Assembly: GCA_038883795.1 (NCBI GenBank)
Contig: JAVZLK010000017.1
Location: forward strand, 1-19,467
Reading direction: 5' to 3'
Length of the DNA stretch: 19,467 nucleotides
Source: Candidatus Bathyarchaeia archaeon
GTDB taxonomy: Archaea > Thermoproteota > Bathyarchaeia > Bathyarchaeales > Bathycorpusculaceae
The notes below the pieces were generated by a model. That model made no database searches. It had not been told where the DNA came from and saw only the letters and a list, made by a program, of their open reading frames with translations. The position numbers and the translations under genes were made by a program. Positions 1 through 8,036 of this stretch are shown piece by piece; positions within the stretch are counted from its first letter, which is position 1; each line of letters opens with the position of its first letter.

Positions 1-254
1 TGATCGGCCGCGGCCCCATCCATGGGCAGCGCTTAGAAGCATGGTCTAAACGCCCTTTCGGCGAAGACCCATTCCAGGAGTCTTCACCTATCGGAAATTA
101 GCCCCAGTTTCCCGGGGTTGTTTCCGTCCCAAGGGTAGGTTAGCCACGTGTTACTGAGCTGTGCGCCGCGCCTCCACCATGGCTTGGAAGCGCACGACTA
201 GCATGTCTTAGTCCCATCCCGATAGCAGTAGGGTCCGGCAGGATCAACCGGAGT
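1..254 (-). rRNA. rrs: 16S rRNA, 5' portion (continues beyond window start)
   Basis: Reverse complement begins ACTCCGGTTGATCCTGCCGGACCC...AGACATGCTAGTCG...CTCAGTAACACGTGGCTAACCTACC...GGGAAACTGGGGCTAAT, the canonical archaeal 16S 5' end. TACK/Bathyarchaeia-like by eye. Mature 5' end uncertain by 1-2 nt. Confidence 0.98.
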
Positions 255-505
255 TGGAAGCTCCAGGCTGACCGCAGCCAGAGACGTTTATTGCGGTACA
301 GCCGCAATGCCGACTGGATTTGGAGGGATTAGCCCACAAACGTCAAAGCCCATTTCAGACCTAACGCGTGTAAGCATGTCAGGTCCACATTTTTGTCCCC
401 GCAATTGGAGGTCAACCGTCCTCATCCTTTAGGGCGTTGAACGCCTTTGTAGTTGGGGTTGAGCCGCCGCCGTTTAATTGCGGGGCCGGCTTTCATTCGC
501 CAAAA
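255..505 (-). other. pre-rRNA 5' external transcribed spacer (leader)
   Basis: GC-rich non-coding stretch with several hairpins (266-279 GGCTG/CAGCC, 290-308 ATTGCGG/CCGCAAT, 358-385 GACCT/AGGTC) between the promoter and the 16S. Upstream boundary inferred from TATA spacing. Confidence 0.8.
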
Positions 506-527
506 TGAATTTGAAGGCGTCTCAGCA

Positions 528-545
528 AATATAAATGTTTCTTTA
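528..545 (-). promoter_or_regulatory. rRNA operon promoter (BRE + TATA)
   Basis: Minus strand reads TAAAGAAACA-TTTATATT: a purine-rich BRE followed by TTTATA (535-530), about 25-30 nt upstream of the GC-rich leader. Confidence 0.75.
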
Positions 546-566
546 CCGCTTAATATGCATTGTTAT

Positions 567-1322
567 TTAACAATCTTCAAGGAGCATGGGTAATTCCTTT
601 AGACTTTCAATGACAGCATCTGGTTTAATGCGTAATTCTTCTTTAGGCTTCCACGCCAAGGATTGTGGAGTATCCGTGGCTGAATGTTTCCTTTCTATGA
701 GGATGGCTTTGATTCCAAGGGCTTTTGGACCCGCAACATCCATGCTTGGTGTATCACCCACAAAAACAACTTCCGAAGCATTAACATCTAAAGCTTCTAA
801 AGCCTTTTCATAAATTTTGGGACAAGGCTTGCGTTTGTTAATGGCTCCCGATACCAAAACAGCGTCGAAGAACCTTTTCAGGTCAAATTTTTCTAGCAAA
901 TTGTAAACGCATTCTGGTATGGCGAAATTTGAGACTATTCCAAGCTTATAATTTTCATGGAGCTTTTGCAGTACATGGGGAGCATCTTCATCTAAAGAGA
1001 CAAAACGCATGAACTCTTCAGCAAAAGCCATAGTAGCTCCCACAACGATTGGATGTGAGGCTTCAAAATTGTATCCCAACCGCTGAAGCGTATGGAAAAT
1101 TCGAACATTAAAGTGGGGTTCCTCAAAGTTTTTGGATGCTTCGGCATATAATTCATCTCGAACTTTAAAATAGACACGCCTAAAATCTTCAAAATCAACA
1201 TTAACGCCATTATGGACTAAAAATTCGTGAAGCTTTCGCAAGGAGGGTGTATAAAATGCTTCGCCATCTCTAATTAGCAGTAAAGTATCAAATAAATCAA
1301 AGAGCACAGCCTTAACCCGCAC
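567..1322 (-). CDS. HAD-superfamily hydrolase (subfamily IA)
   Basis: Motif I FDLFDTL, motif II IVSN, motif III RKP, motif IV VGDTPSMDV. Start moved to GTG at 1322 (GAGGAG upstream; typical KAVLFD N-terminus) instead of TTG at 1385. Confidence 0.9.
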   Translation of the reverse strand: MRVKAVLFDLFDTLLLIRDGEAFYTPSLRKLHEFLVHNGVNVDFEDFRRVYFKVRDELYAEASKNFEEPHFNVRIFHTLQRLGYNFEASHPIVVGATMAFAEEFMRFVSLDEDAPHVLQKLHENYKLGIVSNFAIPECVYNLLEKFDLKRFFDAVLVSGAINKRKPCPKIYEKALEALDVNASEVVFVGDTPSMDVAGPKALGIKAILIERKHSATDTPQSLAWKPKEELRIKPDAVIESLKELPMLLEDC

Positions 1323-1385
1323 CTTAACGCTCTCCTCAAAATCAAAAAGGGTTGTGGCTTTAAAAACAGTTTTTGCATCAAACAA

Positions 1386-2768
1386 TTAAAATTTACATTT
1401 AGTTTTTGAGTGCCAGTTGCCATGGTCTCCGAGGAAATATTTGAAGGAGCTTGTTAAGCGGGCAATTATGTTAATTAGCCTCAAAATTGGATAAAACGGC
1501 GTATAGAAGAGTAGGGTTCTGTAGTTGTGTTGGTTGTAGGCGTATTTTAGGGCTATGGCTTGGTTTACGACGCCTATGAGCAAGCCGTATGATGCGAAAA
1601 CTAGCAAGTTAAGGATGAAGAAGATGCGGTCTGGTGCAAACCAGAAAAGAAATGGAAAAGCGAATAAGGCAACTATGTCAATGAAGGCTCCGCCATATTC
1701 GAAAATGTAGCAATACCATAAAAGCAGGGTCAACCAACTCTTTTTTAAGAGCAAGTCTTTATGGATGTTTAAGGTGTTGTGAAGCCATCCGGTGAACCAT
1801 CTTAGGCGTTGACTCCATAGTATGTTAAAGGATGTGGGAGCAAGGGTTAGGCTTGCGGCTGTGCTAACATAACCAACCTTTGCATCCCTCTTATGCATTT
1901 CTAAAGTAATCTCCAAATCCTCAGTTACAGAGCGCACGCTCTTATCATAGAGAATTTCTCGCAAAACATGAGCATCATATAAGCCAACGGCTCCGGAAAC
2001 AACCAAAACTTTATCGCCTAAAGATTGAGCGCATCTGGCTACGCCTAAGCCTTGACTGTATTCAAGTTGCTGCAAAACGATGTAAGGATTGATTTCAGCA
2101 TCTCCATCAGAAGGATGCACATAACCCGTAACAGCCTTTTTCCCATTCGAAAACATATAATCAACAAGGCTAACGAGGGTGTCTGGCATCCAACATGTGT
2201 CCGCATCAACAACAGCTATTAGGCTGCCCAAAGCCTTGTCCAAGCCGGTTTTGATGGCTTCAATCTTACCGAGATTCGTAGAGTGTCTAACAACCTTTCC
2301 CCGCACTTGCGGATATTTTCTTTGGTAAAGTTTTATGGTTGACCATGCAATCTCGTAGGTGTAATCCCTACTGCCATCATCCACAACAATTATCTCACAT
2401 AAACCGTGATATCTTTCAGCGCATTTAAACAAACTTTTAATGCAACGAGAAACGCTTCTTTCTTCGTTGTAGGCTGGAACGATGAAGGAAACCATTGGAT
2501 AATAAAGCCGCTTGACTTTACCCTTCTTAATTTTCGCAAATTTTGCAGCCAAAGCCCATACTCCGGCAACGCCTATAGCCAAAAAAGTATACCAAGAATA
2601 GAAGAATTGGACAAGGCTATACCAAAGCCAGTTCGCTGGCTGCGTTACTTCATACTGGAAAGTTTGGGTTATGAGGAAATTGGCGAAAACTGGAAAGAAT
2701 CGCCAGGAAAGGTAGGCTAAGATGAAGGGTATGCAAAACGCCAAATAGAGAACCTTATAAAACTTCAT
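1386..2768 (-). CDS. processive GT2 glycosyltransferase (cellulose/PNAG/hyaluronan synthase-like), membrane-bound
   Basis: IVPAYNEE, VDDGS, GK, DAD, TED and QRLRW (QxxRW) motifs; hydrophobic segments at both the N- and C-termini. Confidence 0.92.
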   Translation of the reverse strand: MKFYKVLYLAFCIPFILAYLSWRFFPVFANFLITQTFQYEVTQPANWLWYSLVQFFYSWYTFLAIGVAGVWALAAKFAKIKKGKVKRLYYPMVSFIVPAYNEERSVSRCIKSLFKCAERYHGLCEIIVVDDGSRDYTYEIAWSTIKLYQRKYPQVRGKVVRHSTNLGKIEAIKTGLDKALGSLIAVVDADTCWMPDTLVSLVDYMFSNGKKAVTGYVHPSDGDAEINPYIVLQQLEYSQGLGVARCAQSLGDKVLVVSGAVGLYDAHVLREILYDKSVRSVTEDLEITLEMHKRDAKVGYVSTAASLTLAPTSFNILWSQRLRWFTGWLHNTLNIHKDLLLKKSWLTLLLWYCYIFEYGGAFIDIVALFAFPFLFWFAPDRIFFILNLLVFASYGLLIGVVNQAIALKYAYNQHNYRTLLFYTPFYPILRLINIIARLTSSFKYFLGDHGNWHSKTKCKF

Positions 2769-2973
2769 AGATGAGCCTATCTCCTAAACTTTGTAAAGTG
2801 GGGCACTTCTCCTTTCTCTATCAGAAAGCAAGCCTTTTACAGAATAAAGCAACTATTCCCGCAGGGATAATATTCTCAAAGCAGAACCATAAACTGCAAA
2901 TACGTATCAGCTCTTAAAAATGCATAAATAGCCAGTTCAAAACAAAATTTTAAGAACCTTGAGGAACAGCCCA

Positions 2974-3792
2974 ATGGAAGACCTATCACGCTATTACACG
3001 TTGCTTAGGGACCCAGCCCGCAGAAAAATAATCGAAATCTTGGGCACACAAGAAAAGATTGGATTTAAGGAGTTGAGGGAAACTTTAGGCTTAGGCGTAG
3101 GCACAGTTTACTATCACCTAGACATGCTCTCAGACTTCATAACACAAGACAAACAACGCAAATATAGGCTGAACGACCGCGGACAAATGCTGTACAGAGT
3201 TTTAAAGGAAGGAACAGTTCCACCCGCAATGGAGCTTGGTGGCGTTTCGACTCATGGATTTGTTAGATGGATTTTCTTGTCTCCAATTTTCGCTAAAACA
3301 ACCAAGCCCTTAAAGTTCTTGCCACTTTCAACAATCATGCTTTTTGTTGGAGCGCTTGGTGCAGCTTATGTCAAGCTAACTCCAGCACTCTTTTTCTATT
3401 CGCCAATTTTCACATATAGTGAAACAGGCATTATCGTTCGGTACTTTTTAGGATGGATTGGGCTTTTCTTTTTTGGAGAAGCCTTGAGCTATGCCTTTTA
3501 TAAGCGTGTGGGGAATAGCCTTCAATTTTTGACATGTCTCGGCATAGCGTCTTTTCCGCTTATGATATATCCATATATTTATTGGATACTTCCCATGCTC
3601 TTTTCAAACTTTCAATTTTTAGATTTAACCATGCAAGCAATTCTTGTAGCGCTACAAATTTGGGGTATATTGCTAGTATCTTCTGCTATCTGTTTTGGAA
3701 AGGGACTGAGGCTTGATAAAGCAATTGTTATAAGCTTAACAGCCATGTACCTAAACATTACAATACTATACCTTATGGGATGGTTCACTTAA
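2974..3792 (+). CDS. membrane-anchored transcriptional regulator: ArsR-like wHTH plus about 5 TM helices
   Basis: N-terminal LRDPARRKIIEIL...FKELRETLGLGVGTVYYHLDML...YRLNDRG is a wHTH; the C-terminal half has about 5 hydrophobic helices. ATG at 2974 follows GAGG; TTG at 2959 is an alternative start. Confidence 0.8.
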   Translation: MEDLSRYYTLLRDPARRKIIEILGTQEKIGFKELRETLGLGVGTVYYHLDMLSDFITQDKQRKYRLNDRGQMLYRVLKEGTVPPAMELGGVSTHGFVRWIFLSPIFAKTTKPLKFLPLSTIMLFVGALGAAYVKLTPALFFYSPIFTYSETGIIVRYFLGWIGLFFFGEALSYAFYKRVGNSLQFLTCLGIASFPLMIYPYIYWILPMLFSNFQFLDLTMQAILVALQIWGILLVSSAICFGKGLRLDKAIVISLTAMYLNITILYLMGWFT

Positions 3793-3806
3793 GTTTCTAC
3801 ATAGAG

Positions 3807-3854
3807 TTCGGGACTTCTAGAACTTATAATAAGCAATATTCGAGTTTTTTCGAA
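3807..3854 (+). promoter_or_regulatory. putative promoter flanked by two TTCG-N8-(A/C)GAA boxes
   Basis: TTCG-GGACTTCT-AGAA (3807-3822) and TTCG-AGTTTTTT-CGAA (3839-3854) flank CTTATAAT (3823-3830). Confidence 0.45.
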
Positions 3855-3903
3855 GCGATTCTCTTAATAAGCCGTTTATTAAAGTTATTTTCGGTGAAAA
3901 ACC

Positions 3904-5226
3904 GTGAAAAACGCCGGAAAAATGTTGGTGACAAGTTTTCTAGCGATATTATTACTTGCCGTGACACCACCGCTGATTGCGGTAAATCCGGTGTCTGCAG
4001 AAGAAACCTCTGTGGCAGTTACGTTGCCTGGTGATGAAAACTGGTATTATATACAAAATGACGTTGTAACTATAGTTTTCCCAAGAAACGGCACCAAACC
4101 CATGTTCCTATGGTGGTACACAAACGATCCAAGCAATATTAGTGTAGTAAAATTCAAAGGGCTAATTGAATACTTCACCTACGAACAACCATACTTTCTA
4201 TGGAGATGCCAGGCAGAAGCATGGAGAATACGAGAACGTATAGAAGTGCATTATTATGGTCCGAAACAGCATATGCTCCAAGAGATGCTTAGACTTAGAG
4301 CCCTACAAATATTGGAACGAATTGGAAGCTATATAGGTCTTCATGCGCCCTACCTACCATTCAGCGGCTGCAAGTGGCGATTGGATGGACCTGAAAACGT
4401 GACTAAGGGCGATGTAAAATATTTAAGTTTCAATTTTACTTTAGAAGACGTCCCTGGATACAGACCTAACCTACAATTTGCAGAAAACAACATTATACTT
4501 CGATGCAGGTTCTACTACACGCCAGCAACAGAAGATGTCTATGGAAAATACAGTTACACAGTGGATGCTGGTGAACTCAAAATCGACATAATCATCAAAA
4601 AATGGGAGTGGAACATTGACAAACTTGAGCCAATAATAGATGAGCTCAGAGAGCTCGGTTTAGAAATACCAGAAGGCAAGGCTGGTCTCGCTTTATGGGT
4701 TAACTTGGCATCGATCAATTTAACGAAAATCCCAATCGCTGAAACCGATGCAAAAACCGCAGAAGATGTCGATTTAACCGAGGGAGCATCTACTGCTCAA
4801 AACATGTATGTTGAAGGCGCGAGAGTTTCGGTGGTTCAAAATAATAGTGGAAATGCTGATGAGATACCGCTGCAAAGCCGATGGAGGGAACGTTTCAAAA
4901 TACGCTTTGAAAGAGGCAATGCCACCTTTGCGGGCTTCTTCAAATTTGTCCCACAAGCCATAATCACAGATGGAGTCACATACAACACAACAGATGTAAC
5001 TGCAGCATACATTTCTGCTGGTGCACACATGCGATTATTCATCGGCTATCCATATTTTGGTAACGCTACTTTAGAGCATGACCCATCTCTTGGAGTGGAA
5101 AACATTGTTCCATGGATACCGATTCCACTCTTACTCGTCCTGATGGGTGCTACTGTCATAATTGCTGTTGCTGTGGCTGCTGTTAAGATGCACAAGAGAC
5201 CAATTAACATTGTGAATGTCCATTAG
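3904..5226 (+). CDS. putative cell-surface glycoprotein (signal peptide, C-terminal TM anchor), function unknown
   Basis: Basic then hydrophobic N-terminus ending in PVSA; nine N-X-S/T sequons; HDPSLGV followed by a TM helix and basic tail KMHKR. Confidence 0.8.
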   Translation: MKNAGKMLVTSFLAILLLAVTPPLIAVNPVSAEETSVAVTLPGDENWYYIQNDVVTIVFPRNGTKPMFLWWYTNDPSNISVVKFKGLIEYFTYEQPYFLWRCQAEAWRIRERIEVHYYGPKQHMLQEMLRLRALQILERIGSYIGLHAPYLPFSGCKWRLDGPENVTKGDVKYLSFNFTLEDVPGYRPNLQFAENNIILRCRFYYTPATEDVYGKYSYTVDAGELKIDIIIKKWEWNIDKLEPIIDELRELGLEIPEGKAGLALWVNLASINLTKIPIAETDAKTAEDVDLTEGASTAQNMYVEGARVSVVQNNSGNADEIPLQSRWRERFKIRFERGNATFAGFFKFVPQAIITDGVTYNTTDVTAAYISAGAHMRLFIGYPYFGNATLEHDPSLGVENIVPWIPIPLLLVLMGATVIIAVAVAAVKMHKRPINIVNVH

Positions 5227-5250
5227 TTTCCCCTTTTTCTTTTTTGTTTG
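5227..5250 (+). terminator. oligo-T archaeal terminator
   Basis: TTTCCCCTTTTTCTTTTTTGTTT directly after the stop codon. Confidence 0.65.
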
Positions 5251-5326
5251 CTGTTAGTGATGTATCGTTTTTGGGAATAAAAGCTTATATTGTATATTGC
5301 TATACACTATTTAGGCGGCTTTGAAA

Positions 5327-5446
5327 ATGGGCAAAACTTCAAAGACGGATGAAATCCGCTGGCAAGTAATAAAAGCCATGCTTGAAGAGTTTCCAACATT
5401 GAAGGAAAGAGTCAAGAACTATCTGAAAGAACAAAAACACAACTAA
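5327..5446 (+). CDS. small hypothetical protein, 39 aa (not in ORF track)
   Basis: MGKTSKTDEIRWQVIKAMLEEFPTLKERVKNYLKEQKHN*; AGGCGG RBS at 5313-5318; CTTATATT TATA-like element at 5284-5291 behind an A-rich BRE; fills an otherwise empty gap. Confidence 0.7.
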   Translation: MGKTSKTDEIRWQVIKAMLEEFPTLKERVKNYLKEQKHN

Positions 5447-5480
5447 GCTCACAAACGCTCATTTTATAACTGAAATTTGT

Positions 5481-5825
5481 TTAATTCCTCTTTAACAAGT
5501 GTGGTGGAGGAATCTTAACATCATTCTTATAATTCTCGCTTTCAGTTTTAAGAAGTTCTGTAATCTCCCGATACCGCGTTAGAAAGCTTAAGCCTTTGTC
5601 GGTTGCCTTATAAATTTCTTTATCGTTCTCCACAATTTTATCTAACAATTTTATTCTTAACATAAACCTAAGATAATCGTTCAACTGTGTGAAGCTTAAA
5701 TTTGCCCTATACATGATTTGGGTTTTCAAAGTTCCCTCCTTGGCTATTTCTAAAATTTCAGCAATAATGTAAAGCTTATCCCTCCTTTTGGAAGCGGGGT
5801 TCACGCCCCAATCATTCATTTCCAA
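5481..5825 (-). CDS. small archaeal winged-helix DNA-binding protein (HTH_45/ArnR1-like family)
   Basis: RRDKLYIIAEILEIAKEGTLKTQIMYRANLSFTQLNDYL...YKATDKG matches the R.R..II..IL...KT.IMY.ANLS...Y..T.KG pattern. Confidence 0.85.
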   Translation of the reverse strand: MEMNDWGVNPASKRRDKLYIIAEILEIAKEGTLKTQIMYRANLSFTQLNDYLRFMLRIKLLDKIVENDKEIYKATDKGLSFLTRYREITELLKTESENYKNDVKIPPPHLLKRN

Positions 5826-5996
5826 TATTCCTCTTTTAAAACAGTTTTCTATACAAAAAGTGGAAGTGGAGCGTTTTAAGGGGTGTTTCGCCCGCTTGAG
5901 TATTTCAAATATCGAAATATTCTCTAGAACAAACTTCTATAAGAAACACTTAACTTCTATGAAAGAGAAAATGTTAGAAAGGCATTGGTGAGAGAA

Positions 5997-6494
5997 ATGC
6001 TGGTTGGTTTAATGGCGGATACGCATGACAATTTGCCCATGGTTGATAAAGCCATAAAAAAGTTGAACGAGGAAAATGTTGAGCTTGTGCTTCATGCTGG
6101 AGATTATGTGGCGCCCTTCGTTATTCCAAAATTTAAAGGGTTAAAGGCAAAATTAATCGGCGTTTTCGGCAACAATGACGGAGACCGCGAACTCTTGAAG
6201 AAAAGATTCAGCGAACATGAAGGTTTAGAAATACGGGGAAACTTTGCCGAAATAAAGGTTGATGGCTTAAGAATAGCCTTATTACATGGAACGGATGAAG
6301 AACTTCTAAAGGCTTTAATTGAAAGCGAAACCTTCGATGCCGTAGTTCACGGGCATACACATAAAGCAGAAATTTATCGAAAGGGCAAAACATTAGTCGT
6401 AAATCCAGGCGAAGTTTGCGGATATTTAAGTGGCAAATCGACAATAGCCTTGTTAGAAACGGCTAAACGTGAAGCAAGGCTAGTGAATTTATGA
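5997..6494 (+). CDS. metallophosphoesterase, MJ0936/YfcE family
   Basis: DTHDN, HAGD, GNND, LLHG, HGHTH and NPGE motifs; ATG at 5997 follows GGTGA. Confidence 0.93.
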   Translation: MLVGLMADTHDNLPMVDKAIKKLNEENVELVLHAGDYVAPFVIPKFKGLKAKLIGVFGNNDGDRELLKKRFSEHEGLEIRGNFAEIKVDGLRIALLHGTDEELLKALIESETFDAVVHGHTHKAEIYRKGKTLVVNPGEVCGYLSGKSTIALLETAKREARLVNL

Positions 6495-6511
6495 AGTTTA
6501 TTTGCTAAAAT

Positions 6512-7078
6512 TTAACCCTTATTTTTAATGTGTGAAGTTTCTAGCACCTTTGGTTCTTTCCATTCTTCCCTTAAAATGCTATAAAGGTGACCGTCTGCCC
6601 ACTTTCCCTTCGCATCCCAAAGCGCCTTTCGCAATGCCCCCTCTTTTTTAAAGCCTACCTTCTCCAAAACTCTTCGGGAAGCTTTATCTTGCGTGTTGAT
6701 GACTGCTTGGATTCTAATGATTTCTCTTGTAAGAAATAGATAATCTACAAGCATTTGTACAGCTTCCGTTCCATAGCCTTTATTTCTTTCGCTTGGAATG
6801 ATTGCGTAGCCAATTTCTGTCCAGCCAAAATTTGGAGCGCTGATGTAGTGGCAAGTCCATCCGATTTTGGTTCCATCCTTTTTCTCTATTATGAAGTCTA
6901 TCCATTCTGTTTGGTAGAGCTTATGCTCCAATATTCGTTTTTCAAGTTCAGCTTTAGAAAGTTGGTCAGGAAAATGCTGATAGCCCCCTGCAAATTCAAC
7001 ATCGTTAAGCCACTCCACTAATAAAGGGACATCTTCCCTTTCAGCTAATCTGAGGTTGATTCTTTTTCCTTCAAGCAT
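6512..7078 (-). CDS. GNAT N-acetyltransferase, RimJ/RimL family
   Basis: MLEGKRINLR, EIGYAI, RNKGYGTEA, ASRRVLEKVGFKKEG, YSILREEW. Start placed at ATG 7078. Confidence 0.9.
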   Translation of the reverse strand: MLEGKRINLRLAEREDVPLLVEWLNDVEFAGGYQHFPDQLSKAELEKRILEHKLYQTEWIDFIIEKKDGTKIGWTCHYISAPNFGWTEIGYAIIPSERNKGYGTEAVQMLVDYLFLTREIIRIQAVINTQDKASRRVLEKVGFKKEGALRKALWDAKGKWADGHLYSILREEWKEPKVLETSHIKNKG

Positions 7079-7101
7079 AACAATAGAAGTATAATACAAG
7101 A

Positions 7102-8034
7102 TTATTTAATTTTGTTATATGGCTGCCTTTTCTGGTTTGCGAGTTCAAACAACCTTATTAACTCTTGGTCGCTTGCTCCATTCCGCATGGGCGTTAAAAC
7201 ATCGATTAAGTTGTCGTTTCTCATGAGGCATGTTTTGAGTTTTCCATTGCTTGTCACACGCAAGCGTGTGCAGTGCATGCAAAACTCTGTATTCTCTGTT
7301 GGATGTATAACCTCGACTTTCACGTTTGGCAAGTAGTATATGCGCCGATTTTGCATATAATGTCTAGTTTCAACTTTCACCGCTTTTTGCTCCAGCATGA
7401 CTTCATATTCAATTAAGGGTTTAAAGTTTGCACGATAGTATGCTTCACTTATGTTTAGTGGTTCAAGTTCTATTAACTGCAAAATTGCACCCGTTTCCCT
7501 TGCAAATTCAATCATTTCCAAAACTTCATTATCGTTTATGCCTTTCAAGACAAGCATGTTAAGCTTAACCGGGGAAAAGCCAACCTTAACAGCAGCTTCA
7601 ACACCTTCTAAAACATCTTTTAAATTGCCGCCAGTCAACTCGCCATAAACTTTAGCATTTAATGTTGGAAAGTTTACGTTTACACGCTTCAAACCATCGG
7701 CATATAACTCTTCAGCCAAGGCAGCAAGCCTTGTTCCATTAGTTGTCATTGAAAGGTCGGTTAAGCCAGATATTGCTGCTATTCCTTTGACAATTTCTGG
7801 AATATCCTTGCGCAAGAGGGGTTCTCCGCCCGTAAGTTTCACTTTGGACATGCCCAAGCTAACGGCTATTCTCACAATGCGCACAATTTCGTCAACTGTC
7901 ATTTCTTTTTCAAAATTTTCTCTTTGTTTTTCTTCGCCTTCCATGTGACAGTATTGGCAGTGCAAATTACAATTGTGTGTTACTGCTACTCGCAAGTTTA
8001 GAAGTGGACGGCCGAAACTGTCTATCAGCACCAT
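7102..8034 (-). CDS. moaA: GTP 3',8-cyclase (radical SAM)
   Basis: DSFGRP..NLRVAVT, CNLHCQYC, KLTGGEP, C-terminal cluster motif FCMHCTRLRVT...KTCL; adjacent to other moa genes. Confidence 0.96.
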   Translation of the reverse strand: MVLIDSFGRPLLNLRVAVTHNCNLHCQYCHMEGEEKQRENFEKEMTVDEIVRIVRIAVSLGMSKVKLTGGEPLLRKDIPEIVKGIAAISGLTDLSMTTNGTRLAALAEELYADGLKRVNVNFPTLNAKVYGELTGGNLKDVLEGVEAAVKVGFSPVKLNMLVLKGINDNEVLEMIEFARETGAILQLIELEPLNISEAYYRANFKPLIEYEVMLEQKAVKVETRHYMQNRRIYYLPNVKVEVIHPTENTEFCMHCTRLRVTSNGKLKTCLMRNDNLIDVLTPMRNGASDQELIRLFELANQKRQPYNKIK

Positions 8035-8036
8035 CG

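Noticed and set aside
1323-1385. N-terminal extension of the HAD protein from TTG 1385
   Set aside because: The GTG at 1322 has an RBS and gives the typical HAD N-terminus.
3780-4034. 84-aa ORF bridging the regulator and surface protein genes
   Set aside because: It overlaps two better-supported genes in other frames and spans the putative promoter.
5788-5991. 67-aa ORF across the divergent intergenic region
   Set aside because: It overlaps both neighbours, has no recognisable features and covers promoter-like sequence.
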